From NCBI GenBank assembly GCA_963666365.2, contig CAXXNF010000001.1, positions 1,184,001 through 1,248,000 of the forward strand: a stretch of DNA of 64,000 bases. Reading direction: 5' to 3'. Both the position numbers and the translations under genes were made by a program. Shown in pieces: positions 46,161-56,514 of this stretch; positions within the stretch are counted from its first letter, which is position 1, and each line of letters begins with the position of its first letter. This DNA comes from Syntrophales bacterium (GTDB lineage Bacteria > Desulfobacterota > Syntrophia > Syntrophales > UBA2210). Below the pieces are notes generated by a model. That model searched no databases. It worked only from the letters and a program-made list of their open reading frames with translations, and was not told the DNA's origin.

Positions 46161-46937
46161 TTAAAAGCGCCCTTTTCTGCCCTCCCCTTTTTTGAAACGT
46201 CGGGCGCCGGCCTGTGATTCGCCGCTTCGAATCACGCCCATGCCGAGCTGGAATTCAAGGGCAAGGGCCTCGTCAAAGGGGAGATCGAAGCCGCGATAGA
46301 CCGCCTCGCGATCGCTGCGAAGGCAGCGCTGGGGAAACGCGGCTATTTCGGCGGCAAGCGTTTCCGCCACCTGCCGTGCCTGCCCCTGCGGGACCACACG
46401 GTTCGCCAATCCCATGGCGAGGGCCTCCTCGGCGTTGACCGGGCGGCCCGTCAGGATCATGTCGAGTGCCCTGCTCATTCCGATCAGCCGGGGAAGACGC
46501 AGGGTTCCCCCATCGATAAGCGGCACACCGAAACGACGGCAGAAGACACCAAAAACGGCATCTCTCTCTACCACTCGCAAGTCGCAGAGACAGGCCAGTT
46601 CAAGTCCGCCCGCCACGGCATAGCCTGACACGGCGGCGATAACGGGCTTGCTCAGTCTCATGCGGGTGGGTCCCATAGGACCATCGGCATACATATTTTC
46701 CTGAAGACGACTGCCTTCATCTTCGCGCGCCTCGGCGAGCGCCTTCAGGTCGGCGCCGGCGCAGAAGGTTCCGCCGGCGCCCCAGAGAACTGCCGCTGAA
46801 AGGCCCCTATCGCTCTCAAAGGCACGAAAGGCATCGGCCAGCAGCCGGGCTGTTTTGGCATCGACGGCATTGCGCGCCTCCGGACGATCGATAATAATGG
46901 TACAGACAGCATCTTTCCGTTCAATCCGGACTTTCAC
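46161..46937 (-). CDS. Enoyl-CoA hydratase/isomerase family protein
   Basis: IDRPEARNAVD, FCAGADLK, GPMGPTR, KPVIAAV.G.AVAGGLELA, FCRRFGVPLIDGG. GTG start assumed. Confidence 0.92.
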   Translation of the reverse strand: MKVRIERKDAVCTIIIDRPEARNAVDAKTARLLADAFRAFESDRGLSAAVLWGAGGTFCAGADLKALAEAREDEGSRLQENMYADGPMGPTRMRLSKPVIAAVSGYAVAGGLELACLCDLRVVERDAVFGVFCRRFGVPLIDGGTLRLPRLIGMSRALDMILTGRPVNAEEALAMGLANRVVPQGQARQVAETLAAEIAAFPQRCLRSDREAVYRGFDLPFDEALALEFQLGMGVIRSGESQAGARRFKKGEGRKGRF

Positions 46938-47017
46938 GGCATCGGCCTCTTCGTGAGAAATTAAAAGAGAAGCCGGCGCCCCCACTGTAGAAGGGAATCC
47001 GGCCGTACATATCCTGC

Positions 47018-47821
47018 TCAGGCGCCTTTGAAGTTGGGCTTGCGCTTTTCGGCGAATGCAACCATTGCCTCTCTGCAATCGTCGGAATTGAGCAGCAGCA
47101 TGTTCTTGTGAACGGCCAGCGCGATGCCGTCGCGAATCGAGGCGAACCGGCTGTAATTAAGCACTTCTTTTGTGTTCTGGACAGCCAGTGGCGCACTTTC
47201 CTTGATTTCTTCGGCGAGCTTTTGCGCTGCGGCCATGAGGGTGTCCTGATCGGGACAGACTTCAATCACCAGCCCCATCCGCTCCACCTCCGCGGCGGAG
47301 AAGAAACGGCCCGTGTAGGCCATCTGTCGCGTAGAGGCCTGACCGATGATAAAGGGCAGTCTCTGAAGCACGCCCATATCGGCCACGATGCCTATGCGCG
47401 CTTCGCGCAGTGAAAAACTGGCATCTTCCGTACAGAGACGCAGATCGCAGGAAGTGATGATGTCGAGCCCGGCGCCGACGCACATGCCATGAACGGCGGC
47501 GATAACCGGTTTTTTGCACTCTTCTATGGCATGGCAACATTCGAAGATATCCTTATCGTGCAGGGGGATGTCAAGCATGTTGCGTGGATTGCCGATCAGA
47601 CCGCGCGACATGGCGTCCTTCAGATCGAGTCCCGCCGAGAATATGCGGGCATTGCTTTTCAAAATGACGACCCACACATCATCCATTCCTTCAAGCTCAT
47701 GAAATACCTCAGTAATCTCCGTGGCAAGCTCCATGCTCAGTGCGTTTAAACTTTCCTTTCTATTCAAGGCAACGGTTGCGACATGATCTTCCGTGGTGAC
47801 CTCGATCCATTTATATTCCAT
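47018..47821 (-). CDS. Enoyl-CoA hydratase/isomerase family protein (dienoyl-CoA isomerase-like)
   Basis: LNR....NAL, FSAGLDL, KPVIAAVHG.CVGAGLD, E..IG..AD.G.LQRLP, F.EKR.P.F.G. Start set after AAGGAGG. Confidence 0.9.
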   Translation of the reverse strand: MEYKWIEVTTEDHVATVALNRKESLNALSMELATEITEVFHELEGMDDVWVVILKSNARIFSAGLDLKDAMSRGLIGNPRNMLDIPLHDKDIFECCHAIEECKKPVIAAVHGMCVGAGLDIITSCDLRLCTEDASFSLREARIGIVADMGVLQRLPFIIGQASTRQMAYTGRFFSAAEVERMGLVIEVCPDQDTLMAAAQKLAEEIKESAPLAVQNTKEVLNYSRFASIRDGIALAVHKNMLLLNSDDCREAMVAFAEKRKPNFKGA

Positions 47822-47960
47822 AAGGACCTCCTTTGCGGGGTGTGGTAGTATTGAAGAGTCTCTACCACCAAAATAAAAAAAATACAATCCAAGATCCCAG
47901 GGACGCGATTCTGGCGATACCGTTTCGGCTGTGCTATGGTAATTTTTTGGAGGAATTGTT

Positions 47961-48773
47961 ATGAAAAATACTGTTGCAGAAGATTATGCAAAGTTGGACA
48001 GGCCCGAAATTCTGTCCGTCCTTTTCTATCCCCGAAAGGAAGACGACTCTTTCGACCGCAGGAAGGGTGGTTTCGAAATGCTGATTCCCGTGGCTGAGCA
48101 CGTGTCGGTGGGCGCCTGCCTCTACCGCGCATCGAAGAACGCTCCCACCATCCTCTTCTTTCACGGAAACGGAGAAATTGTGGCGGATTACGAAGACATC
48201 GGTCCTCTCTACGCACGGTGCGGGATTAATTTTCTGGCAGTCGATTACCGGGGATACGGCCGCTCGAAGGGATACCCGACGGTGACGGCGATGATGGCGG
48301 ACTGTCACGCCATCCTCGCCTGCCTGACCGAATGGTTCCGCAGAGAGCATTACACTGGGCCTCTCATCGTCATGGGACGATCGCTGGGAAGCGCCTCCGC
48401 TCTGGAACTGGCATATCGCCACAGCGATACCCTGGCGGGGCTTGTGATCGAAAGCGGGTTCGCCTATATGATGCCCCTGCTGCGACTGATGGGAATTCCC
48501 TTCGCCTCACTGGGCATCTCTGAAGAGGACGGGTGTCGCAATATCGAAAAAATCAAAGCCGTGACGATACCCACGCTGATTATTCATTCCCAGTACGATC
48601 AGATTATTCCCTTTTCCGACGGAAAGACGCTCTATAACGCATCGGGAACCGACGACAAGCGTCTCCTCATGATCCCCGGCGCTGATCACAATACCATATT
48701 TGCCCAGGGATTACGGGAATATATGGCGGCGATCGAGGATTTCACGAAATCGCTGACTCCGGCACAGTCATGA
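47961..48773 (+). CDS. Alpha/beta hydrolase
   Basis: LFFHGNGE, DYRGYG.S, MGRSLGS (nucleophile elbow), ESGF, IH...D..IP, GADHN. Confidence 0.9.
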   Translation: MKNTVAEDYAKLDRPEILSVLFYPRKEDDSFDRRKGGFEMLIPVAEHVSVGACLYRASKNAPTILFFHGNGEIVADYEDIGPLYARCGINFLAVDYRGYGRSKGYPTVTAMMADCHAILACLTEWFRREHYTGPLIVMGRSLGSASALELAYRHSDTLAGLVIESGFAYMMPLLRLMGIPFASLGISEEDGCRNIEKIKAVTIPTLIIHSQYDQIIPFSDGKTLYNASGTDDKRLLMIPGADHNTIFAQGLREYMAAIEDFTKSLTPAQS

Positions 48774-48834
48774 CGAAGGAGCTGCTTCTCTGAGGTTCTG
48801 CAAAGGCCTCTCCCCATACCGCCGCCTTTGCATA

Positions 48835-49365
48835 CTATTTTTGCCCGCGTTTCTCCGCTATCTTCTTCTGCTCGTCGAGGATAATGCGGGTTGCCATACG
48901 CGCCGTTTCACCTACAAGCGTGGAGCATTTTTCGGGCATTCCCGCTTTGAAGGCCTCTTCCATTTCTTTGGGGTCGTACAGATTGTAAAATCTTCCCACC
49001 AGCTTCTTCTGAATATCACAACACCGACAGGTACCGTATTTTTCCAAAAATTCATCATGCAGTTTTTTTGACAGCATGCAGGCCTTCAATTGTTTCATTA
49101 TATTGCCGAAATCTTCAAGTGAGCGCCCGAAAAAGTACCCGATGGCCAATGTGCCGCCCGACAGGGCGCCGCAGTGACCGTTGCCGGTAAGCCCAACCCC
49201 GTCGGCAAGTCCCGTGGCGGCCCTGAATACCGCCCCGTCCTGAACTCCCAGGGCTTCGAACACACCCGCAAGGGTGCATTGCGGACAGCCGCCGCTTGCG
49301 AGTTCATAGGCTTTCGCGCGATCGAAGGCACGCTGCAGAATATCTTCTTCTCGATCTCCCATCAT
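48835..49365 (-). CDS. C_GCAxxG_C_C family putative redox-active protein
   Basis: GCPQC, G.G..G.CGALSGG, F...YG...C, C...V. Confidence 0.85.
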   Translation of the reverse strand: MMGDREEDILQRAFDRAKAYELASGGCPQCTLAGVFEALGVQDGAVFRAATGLADGVGLTGNGHCGALSGGTLAIGYFFGRSLEDFGNIMKQLKACMLSKKLHDEFLEKYGTCRCCDIQKKLVGRFYNLYDPKEMEEAFKAGMPEKCSTLVGETARMATRIILDEQKKIAEKRGQK

Positions 49366-49452
49366 AGTGTTTCCTCCTCTTTCATAAGTATAATTTCTGG
49401 TTTTCATGCCCCGCGACCGGCGTCGCCGCCGGGACTCATATCGCGGTGGCGT

Positions 49453-52365
49453 TTACAGCACTTTGAATATTTCCAGGGCAAGATTCCCTTTTTGCATCGC
49501 CGCCTCTATGGCATCTGCCGAACCGAGCACCTTTATCGACCCTCGATGGCACACTTCGGCGAGTACCTCGGCAAATTCGGTGAAGTGTGCCGCGGTGGTG
49601 GCGCGCACCTCGTCCCGGATCTTCTGACGGTCTTCGTCGGTGCTCCCTGCCAGCGTCCGAACCATCGATGCGTATCCCTTGGCATCGGGCAGCATGTAGG
49701 CATCCATATCGCCGATAGCGCCTATTATGGCCTTTGTCAACTCATCCTGACTTAGGCTCAATTCCTTTAAAAACCGGGATGTCTCATCAAATATTTGCAG
49801 CGTTTTGAGAAGATTCGGGTCCCGATAGGAAAGGAAGGTCAGCACGCCGGAAAGCCGGTCGAAAGAACAGAACGCCCCGTAGGCGCCCCCCTGCACCCGC
49901 ACACGTTCCCATAACCAGGTGGTGCGCAGATAGCGGGCAATGACCCCGACGGATCCGTGATATCGATAGCCCTGCCGGTATAAATCGGCCCCTTTGCCCA
50001 CATAGTTTACCTGTGAAGGGGCCACCATCGCCTCGTGAGGAAGGATCTCCTCCCGATTCCAGGGAGCTCTGGAAAAGGCGCGCTCAGGCATGCAGTCCAT
50101 AAAGTGATGAATCCGGGGCTCTATTGCCTGCCATCCCTCTTCGTCAATGGTGACATTGACGAGCATTGCCTTCCGGTTTATGATAAGCGCTGACAGTTCA
50201 TTCAGGATGCGGAGGACCGATTCCCAATCCTCTTCAATCATCGTTACCAGCCTGCGCAAAAAGAAGAGATAGCTTATTCCGCCCATCTGCTCAGCCGCCC
50301 AGTCCGCCTCGTTAAACTGGGCGCGCAGGCGAAGATTGACCACCTGATGGCCGCCCGGTATCAGCCGCTGTTCCATCCGCGCCTTTTCTTCCAGGGCCAT
50401 CTGTTTGAATCGCCCTTTATCGTCAAAGCGGGGTGTAAGGAGCAGATCACTCATAATATCAAGCAGATCATCTACCTGATGACGCATCCCCTTTCCCCTC
50501 AGGAAAAGTTTTGCCGTTGTCTGATCGCTTCCGTGGACAAGGGACAGGATGGAAGAAGTGTGAATGCCCCCCGTTTTTCTGCCGATCCGCTGGAATACTT
50601 TGACATAATCCTCCTTTTCGGTACCCATCTCCAGCAGGGCCCTGCTGAAAAGGGGAAGGTAGGGGATATAGCCTTGGGGCACGGTATGGATGTCGAATCC
50701 CGCATCGATATAGGCAATCCCGCTGGTAAAGAGATCGTGATACAGGATGGGCGCCCCGGCATGGTTCAAGGTGACGGAGGGGATGATTTTGTTGTATCGA
50801 TCAAGATCGGAAAGCGCAAGCGACGGTATCGTCCGGAGCGCCTCCGGCGGATCGGGCGCTTCCTGCATCGCTTTTAAGACCTTGGCTTCCTGCACGATTT
50901 CATCGAGGCGGCGACCATCCATTTCAGCCTTTATCCTGGCCAGTGATTCTTTTTCCTCCTCTTCTCTTTTCTTTCTCAATGCGGGATCGGGGATGAGATT
51001 GACCCGCGTCCGGTGTGGATTCTCCAGAAAATAGCGGCGGATAAGAGTCTCAAAAAAGGCCCTGTCCGATCGTATCTGCTCTTTGAGCGCCTCAAGCGGC
51101 TTTTCGTAGGCAACCAGCGCAAGCGGATCGGCGTCATAAAGCCAGCCGGTCAGCGCCCGCAGCATCAGAATCAGCCCCCGGGGATAACTGCCCGTGTTGT
51201 TCTCCCGCAACCCGAATTCCAGGGTATTGACGGCTGCTTCTACGGCATCGGCCTCTATGCCCGATTCGGCAAGTTCAGCCAGGGTCTTCATGATCAGATC
51301 TTCAACGGCCTGTATCCGTTCCTCGGGAACCCCCTTCATTCCTACGGAAAAGAACATCTGGCGCAGTTCATCCTCCAGGCCGCCGCCGACAATATCCTCA
51401 CCGAGCCCCGATTCAATAAGGGCCTTTCTGAGGGGTGAGCCGGGCGTACCGAGAAGTATGTAGCTCAACACATTGAGGGCCATGTTGGAATCTACATCCA
51501 CTGTTTCGTCAAAGAGCCAGTTGAGAACGATCATCCCCTTCTCATCCCCTTCTTCACCCGCGTCAAAGTGACGGGTAAGACTTCGGGGCCCCTCGAATTT
51601 CGGTTGCAGGGGTATCGATGAATCGATGGAAAGGGCATCGTATTCCTTAAGATATTCATTGACGAGCCGCAGCCGCTCTTCAGGATCGTCGTCGCCCCAG
51701 AAAAATATACGGGCATTCGACGGATGATAGTACCGCCGATGAAACTCACTGAACCGCTCATAGGTAAGATCGGGAATCTTCTCGGGGTCGCCTCCGGAAT
51801 CGAACCCGTAGGTCGTATCGGGGAAAAGCGATTGCTGCGAGTATTCGGCCAGAAGACTTTCCGGCGAGGAATAGGCCCCCTTCATCTCGTTGTAGACGAC
51901 ACCCAGATACTGAAGGGGATCTTCGGGATGTTCGAGATCAAAGTGCCATCCTTCCTGTTTGAAAATCTCCGGCGTAATGCGGGGATAGAAGACAGCATCC
52001 AGATAGACGTCGATCAGATTATAGAAATCCTGTACATTCTGACTTGCCACGGGATAGCAGGTCCGATCGGGGTAGGTAAAGGCGTTGAGAAAGGTCTGGA
52101 GGGAACCCTTCAGAATTTCCACAAAAGGTTCCTTCACGGGATACTTTCTCGACCCGCACAGCACCGAGTGCTCCAATATATGGGCCACACCGGTCGAATC
52201 CCCGGGAGGCGTGCGAAAGGTAATGCCGAACACCTTGTTTTCATCGTCATTTATCATCGAAAGCAGTTCAGCGCCCGTTTTTACATGCCGGTACACGCGC
52301 GCCTTCGTTCTGAATTCGTTAATGTCCTTTTCATAGACAAGCTGAAATCCGTGCAGACTTTTCAT
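49453..52365 (-). CDS. M16C insulinase-family metallopeptidase (presequence protease/PreP-like)
   Basis: DSTGVAHILEHSVLCGS (HxxEH), FLNAFTYPD.T.YP, GVVYNEMKG, RV.GGAYG, SYRDP. Confidence 0.93.
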   Translation of the reverse strand: MKSLHGFQLVYEKDINEFRTKARVYRHVKTGAELLSMINDDENKVFGITFRTPPGDSTGVAHILEHSVLCGSRKYPVKEPFVEILKGSLQTFLNAFTYPDRTCYPVASQNVQDFYNLIDVYLDAVFYPRITPEIFKQEGWHFDLEHPEDPLQYLGVVYNEMKGAYSSPESLLAEYSQQSLFPDTTYGFDSGGDPEKIPDLTYERFSEFHRRYYHPSNARIFFWGDDDPEERLRLVNEYLKEYDALSIDSSIPLQPKFEGPRSLTRHFDAGEEGDEKGMIVLNWLFDETVDVDSNMALNVLSYILLGTPGSPLRKALIESGLGEDIVGGGLEDELRQMFFSVGMKGVPEERIQAVEDLIMKTLAELAESGIEADAVEAAVNTLEFGLRENNTGSYPRGLILMLRALTGWLYDADPLALVAYEKPLEALKEQIRSDRAFFETLIRRYFLENPHRTRVNLIPDPALRKKREEEEKESLARIKAEMDGRRLDEIVQEAKVLKAMQEAPDPPEALRTIPSLALSDLDRYNKIIPSVTLNHAGAPILYHDLFTSGIAYIDAGFDIHTVPQGYIPYLPLFSRALLEMGTEKEDYVKVFQRIGRKTGGIHTSSILSLVHGSDQTTAKLFLRGKGMRHQVDDLLDIMSDLLLTPRFDDKGRFKQMALEEKARMEQRLIPGGHQVVNLRLRAQFNEADWAAEQMGGISYLFFLRRLVTMIEEDWESVLRILNELSALIINRKAMLVNVTIDEEGWQAIEPRIHHFMDCMPERAFSRAPWNREEILPHEAMVAPSQVNYVGKGADLYRQGYRYHGSVGVIARYLRTTWLWERVRVQGGAYGAFCSFDRLSGVLTFLSYRDPNLLKTLQIFDETSRFLKELSLSQDELTKAIIGAIGDMDAYMLPDAKGYASMVRTLAGSTDEDRQKIRDEVRATTAAHFTEFAEVLAEVCHRGSIKVLGSADAIEAAMQKGNLALEIFKVL

Positions 52366-52472
52366 TATGTGTGAGACCCCTTTTCTTCGATCCCCTTTCA
52401 TACTTGATTTTTTTCACTGCTTCAACACTCTTCTGAACATTCTTTCCGCGGGATGCGCGAAATGAGAAAAGA

Positions 52473-52501
52473 TTGACTTGCTGCCATACAGCCGGTATCA
52501 T
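52473..52501 (+). promoter_or_regulatory. Putative sigma70 promoter
   Basis: TTGACT(52473)-17 nt-TATCAT(52496). Confidence 0.5.
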
Positions 52502-52532
52502 TCCGGTCAGATTCCAATTACAGGGGCTGCCC

Positions 52533-53282
52533 ATGACTGCCGATGAATATCAAGAAGCCCGCGGGGTCGCGCAGGAAATTGCCGATTCTCTAGATCCTCC
52601 CCTTTTTTACCGTGACAAAAAGGAAGAATGCGCACTCTCGCGGCGCCTAATGGGGGAAACCCCTCTGGTTGAAGCCTGCGTCTCTATATTAAAGGAAAAA
52701 AAGGCCTCCTACGGTCATGGGCTGTCCCATGCCTGTAAGGTTGCCGTCGATGCCGGGGCAATAATTATCGTGGAAGGGTTTGACGGCGCACCCGGCCTGC
52801 GGAGACTTGTCTTTCTTGCCCACATTGCCGGAGTGCTTCATGATATCGCCCGTTCGAATCCAGATCACGCCCACCTTGGGGCGCAGGAAGCGGGAATCAT
52901 TCTGGCCGGATTCAGTCTTCCCGGCCCAGACATTAAGGCAATCACGGGGGCAATTGAAAATCACGAGGCCTTTCAGCCCTCCAAACCACTGGATACCAAA
53001 TCCGCCCAGCTTCTTTCCGATGCACTCTACGATGCCGACAAGTTCCGCTGGGGTCCCGATAATTTCACGGAAATGATCTGGGACATTCTGGCCCCCCGCA
53101 GGGTTCCCGTGGCAAAACTGATGGAGCGATTCCTTCCCGGCCTGAAGGGAATTGAAAAGATTCGGGATACCTTTCGCACCGAAACCGGCAAAAGATACGG
53201 TCCCGATTTCATCGACAGGGGCGTCATGATAGGCCTGGAACTCTACCGGCGTCTCGGCGGAACCGATACCTACAGACAATAA
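52533..53282 (+). CDS. HD-domain phosphohydrolase family protein
   Basis: HG..H...V, LHDI.R, HA..GA, I..H, LYDADK. Confidence 0.8.
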   Translation: MTADEYQEARGVAQEIADSLDPPLFYRDKKEECALSRRLMGETPLVEACVSILKEKKASYGHGLSHACKVAVDAGAIIIVEGFDGAPGLRRLVFLAHIAGVLHDIARSNPDHAHLGAQEAGIILAGFSLPGPDIKAITGAIENHEAFQPSKPLDTKSAQLLSDALYDADKFRWGPDNFTEMIWDILAPRRVPVAKLMERFLPGLKGIEKIRDTFRTETGKRYGPDFIDRGVMIGLELYRRLGGTDTYRQ

Positions 53283-53477
53283 GTCAACTGACAATTCTTT
53301 TCCGGACAATCTCTCTTGCCTGATACTGTTAAGGGGAGGGACACCGTTCATAGCATTGGACTTTCACGAGCATTCGCGATAGTATTGGATAAAAATGTTG
53401 TGCACTGAAGTAAGAGCCCCTTGGGGAGAAGCACCGCCCCCCGATAACGCTACCAATGAGTGAGGAGGGATAGTATC

Positions 53478-53927
53478 ATGTTGACCGCTCGCGATATCAT
53501 GACCAGCAACATCGTGACTGTAGCACCGGACACGGAAATTGTAGAAGCGGCGAAACGCCTGCTTGAACAGCACCTCAACGGTCTGCCCGTAGTGAATGAG
53601 GCGGGCAGGCTTGTCGGCATCATATGCCAGGAAGATCTCGTCATGCAGCAGAAGAAAATTCCCCTTCCCTCATTTTTTATGCTGCTGGACAGCCTTATAC
53701 CCCTCAAATCCTCCAAATCCATTGAACGGGAGATTGAAAAAATCGCCGCCGCCACCGTGGAAAAGGCCATGACAAAGAACCCCGTCACTATCGGCCCCGA
53801 AACCAGTATTGAAGATATCGCCACTCTTATGGTTACCAAAAAAATTCATACGCTTCCCGTGGTGGAAGGGGAAACGCTCATCGGCATAGTGGGAAAGGAG
53901 GATGTGCTTCGAACCCTCATGCCCTGA
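53478..53927 (+). CDS. CBS-domain pair protein
   Basis: ARDIMT, GLPVV...G.LVGII...DL, V...MT, LPVV.....GIV...D. Confidence 0.92.
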   Translation: MLTARDIMTSNIVTVAPDTEIVEAAKRLLEQHLNGLPVVNEAGRLVGIICQEDLVMQQKKIPLPSFFMLLDSLIPLKSSKSIEREIEKIAAATVEKAMTKNPVTIGPETSIEDIATLMVTKKIHTLPVVEGETLIGIVGKEDVLRTLMP

Positions 53928-53947
53928 CCCTTCATTGCAAGGCCTCG

Positions 53948-54490
53948 TCACGGCTCCTGCGGCGGGCAGGACGCAAGCCATCGATCGAGGGCGGCTGCGG
54001 CAAGGCAGGCTCTCAGCTGATCACAGACGCGCAGGTCCGTGGGAAAGGCCATCGCTTCGGGAAGCGCATCAAGGGGAAAAAACTGAACCTCGCCTGCATC
54101 CGATCCTGCATGCGGGATGCCGCCCTTTCGCGTCCCCCAGAACCAGATTCCCACTGTCTGACGTTGGCGGTCATGAAAATTTGAGTGCACGGCAAAGACA
54201 GGACCGAGATGTACATCCAGCCCCGTTTCCTCCTTGAATTCCCGTGCCGCCGCACCGCGTACATCCTCGTCCCATTCCAGATGCCCGCAGGGAATGCACC
54301 ACATTCCTTCATAGGAGCCGAGACGTTTCACCAGGAGAATCTGGCCGTTCTCGACAAGAATAACCGCCACCCCCACCGTTGGATTGCGATAGTACACAAC
54401 ATCACAGGAGGGGCAGTACTTTCTTTTTTTATCGCCTGATGTCTTGACTGCCAACTGAGTCCCGCAGGCGGGACAGTAACAAAATTCCAT
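53948..54490 (-). CDS. NUDIX hydrolase with N-terminal zinc ribbon (ADP-ribose pyrophosphatase-like)
   Basis: YCP.CG...CP.C....Y.NP; Nudix box G..E.DE....AAAREF.EETG; SDA. Confidence 0.88.
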   Translation of the reverse strand: MEFCYCPACGTQLAVKTSGDKKRKYCPSCDVVYYRNPTVGVAVILVENGQILLVKRLGSYEGMWCIPCGHLEWDEDVRGAAAREFKEETGLDVHLGPVFAVHSNFHDRQRQTVGIWFWGTRKGGIPHAGSDAGEVQFFPLDALPEAMAFPTDLRVCDQLRACLAAAALDRWLASCPPQEP

Positions 54491-54690
54491 AGCGGCGCCT
54501 CGCTCCGCCAACGGGAAGAACCTTTTCCCGATCGCGTATTTATATACCCCCGGACGGTACGCGCCAATCATAGGAAAAAGAACCCTGTCCTGTCAAAGGA
54601 AAGATTCTCCACCCACCCGGGGACTGCTATCTCTTGACAAAAGCGGGCCGCTCTCATATATGCAGGGGAATAACAAGGAGACGATTCACC

Positions 54691-55731
54691 ATGCGCATTG
54701 ATGAACGCACCATCGAGGCAGTAGGTAAAAAATTTTCACGAGAGCTTGTCGATCCGGTAGAGGTTGTCCTTTTTACCACTGAGCTGCCCACGGGCAGTTG
54801 CGACAACCGGGGATACAATGAATTCGCAGAGGACCTTCTTGAGGCATTTGAAGAAATAAGCGACAAGCTCTCGATTACACGACTGGATCTCTATGGTGCG
54901 AGGGGAAAGGACCTCGGACTTATCATATCCCCCACCCTTCTTATCGGCGTCGAAGGCCGTTATCCCGTCCAGTACTGGGGGGCGCCCACCGGTGAGGAAG
55001 GGGGAATTTTCATCGAAACGATCGTGACGGCTTCCCGCCGGGAGACAGGTCTCAGCGCCCGATCGCGGGAGAAAATAGACGCCATTGACCGCAGGACCCT
55101 CATCGAATGCTTCGTGGCGCCCGAGTGCCCCCACTGTCCCCGCGCCGTTTTCCTCGCACACAGGATTGCGCTTACCTCGGGCGGCATAGTCACTTCACGG
55201 TGCATCGACGTAGTCGAATGCATGAACAGGGCGCTTGAATTCAATGTGACATCGGTGCCGCACATGGTCATCAATGAAGATCCCTCGTCGATGCTGAGCG
55301 GCGTGCAGGATGAACGGACCATGGTCAACAGGGTGCTCGCCTACGGATCGAGCCGGGCGGATGAAATTCTCAGGGAAGAGGAACGACGTCGGGCCGCCTT
55401 TCCCGCCCACCCGGGACATCCCGTCGATCTGACCGACGCCACCATCGATCATGCACTCGACGCCTACCCCTTCCTGGTGGTTGACTGCTGGGCTTCCTGG
55501 TGTGCCCCCTGCACCACCCTCCGTCCCGTTATAGATTCACTGGCCCGGACATTGAAAGCACAGGTCGTATTCGGCAGGCTCGACGTGGACACCAACGGCG
55601 AAAGCGCCACACGCTTCGGCGTCCAATCCCTGCCGACGCTGCTCATTTTCAAAGAGGGCATCCACGCAGGCACGCTCTTCGGCATCATGACGGAAGAAAG
55701 CCTGGCGGAAAAAATAATAGCCTACCGGTAA
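54691..55731 (+). CDS. Protein-disulfide oxidoreductase (AhpF-NTD/PDO-like) fused to thioredoxin
   Basis: G.P.G.E...F, F..P.CPHCP, V.SVP; C-terminal D.WA.WCAPC, FGVQS.PT...FK.G. Confidence 0.8.
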   Translation: MRIDERTIEAVGKKFSRELVDPVEVVLFTTELPTGSCDNRGYNEFAEDLLEAFEEISDKLSITRLDLYGARGKDLGLIISPTLLIGVEGRYPVQYWGAPTGEEGGIFIETIVTASRRETGLSARSREKIDAIDRRTLIECFVAPECPHCPRAVFLAHRIALTSGGIVTSRCIDVVECMNRALEFNVTSVPHMVINEDPSSMLSGVQDERTMVNRVLAYGSSRADEILREEERRRAAFPAHPGHPVDLTDATIDHALDAYPFLVVDCWASWCAPCTTLRPVIDSLARTLKAQVVFGRLDVDTNGESATRFGVQSLPTLLIFKEGIHAGTLFGIMTEESLAEKIIAYR

Positions 55732-55735
55732 GACA

Positions 55736-56002
55736 AACCGCAAATTGACACGAATGAACATAAATAGACACAGAGAAGTCATAATCATTCGCGTCCATTA
55801 ACGTTCATTCGCGGTGCCAGTCCCAAATATTTAACCGCGAATTGACACGAATAAACATAAATAGACACTGAGAAGTCATAATCATTCGCGTCCATTAACG
55901 TTCATTCGCGGTGCCAGTCCCACGTATTTAACCGCGAATTGACACGAATGAACACTGATATAAAAACAATGAATTCGAGTCCATTAACGTTCATTCGCGG
56001 TT
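55736..56002. repeat. Three tandem REP/MITE-like imperfect palindromic units, period 97 nt
   Basis: Units start at 55736, 55833 and 55930 with AACCGC(G/A)AATTGACACGAAT; their palindromic right arm ends CCATTAACGTTCATTCGCGGT. Located between convergent genes. Confidence 0.9.
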
Positions 56003-56028
56003 GCTTTCAGGTGTCGGCTGACGATGTG

Positions 56029-56505
56029 TCAGGGGCGTGGTGGCAGTACTTCAAAGGGGGAATCGTGAAGCCATCCTACCTCCATCACCCCCCAGAGGCC
56101 GGCGAGGATGGCCTCGGCGGCATCGTGGCGCAGTGAGGTGGGGTTGGGGGCGCCGGACCACTGGATAACGCGGCGGGCGATTTCGTCGGCATGCTCTTTC
56201 GCCTTTTCTCCGCTTCTGCGGTTCCGGGGGATCAGAAAGCGGGTGCGCCAGGTTTCCGCTGAAATCTGAAGCACCGCAATGTCGTGCTTTCGCGCCTCTG
56301 CGATCCATAGATCAGCCGGGTTACCCCCTCCTTCAAGTACAATCCATTGCAGATCCGTGAGGGCCTTCAGGACCCCGGGAATCCCCCTTTTCAGGCGAGA
56401 GGCGGCGCCGAAATTCTGGGATCGATACCACTTCAGACGGCCGTCGTCGCCGAAAATGGCGAATCCCGTTTTCACGCCGCAGTCAACGGCAAGCAGCGAG
56501 GCCAT
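56029..56505 (-). CDS. Hypothetical protein with RNase H-fold, RuvC/YqgF-like motifs
   Basis: LLAVDCG..TG.A (beta1 Asp), IVLEG (Glu), I.A..WR, HDAAEAI. Confidence 0.6.
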   Translation of the reverse strand: MASLLAVDCGVKTGFAIFGDDGRLKWYRSQNFGAASRLKRGIPGVLKALTDLQWIVLEGGGNPADLWIAEARKHDIAVLQISAETWRTRFLIPRNRRSGEKAKEHADEIARRVIQWSGAPNPTSLRHDAAEAILAGLWGVMEVGWLHDSPFEVLPPRP

Positions 56506-56514
56506 GAAAAATCC

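Noticed and set aside
49453..52365. Eukaryote-like presequence protease as a horizontal transfer
   Set aside because: M16C/PreP homologues are known in many anaerobic bacteria, and composition looks like the flanking genes.
55736..56002. CRISPR array
   Set aside because: The would-be spacers are nearly identical between units, the period is 97 nt with long palindromic arms, and no cas genes are in the window.
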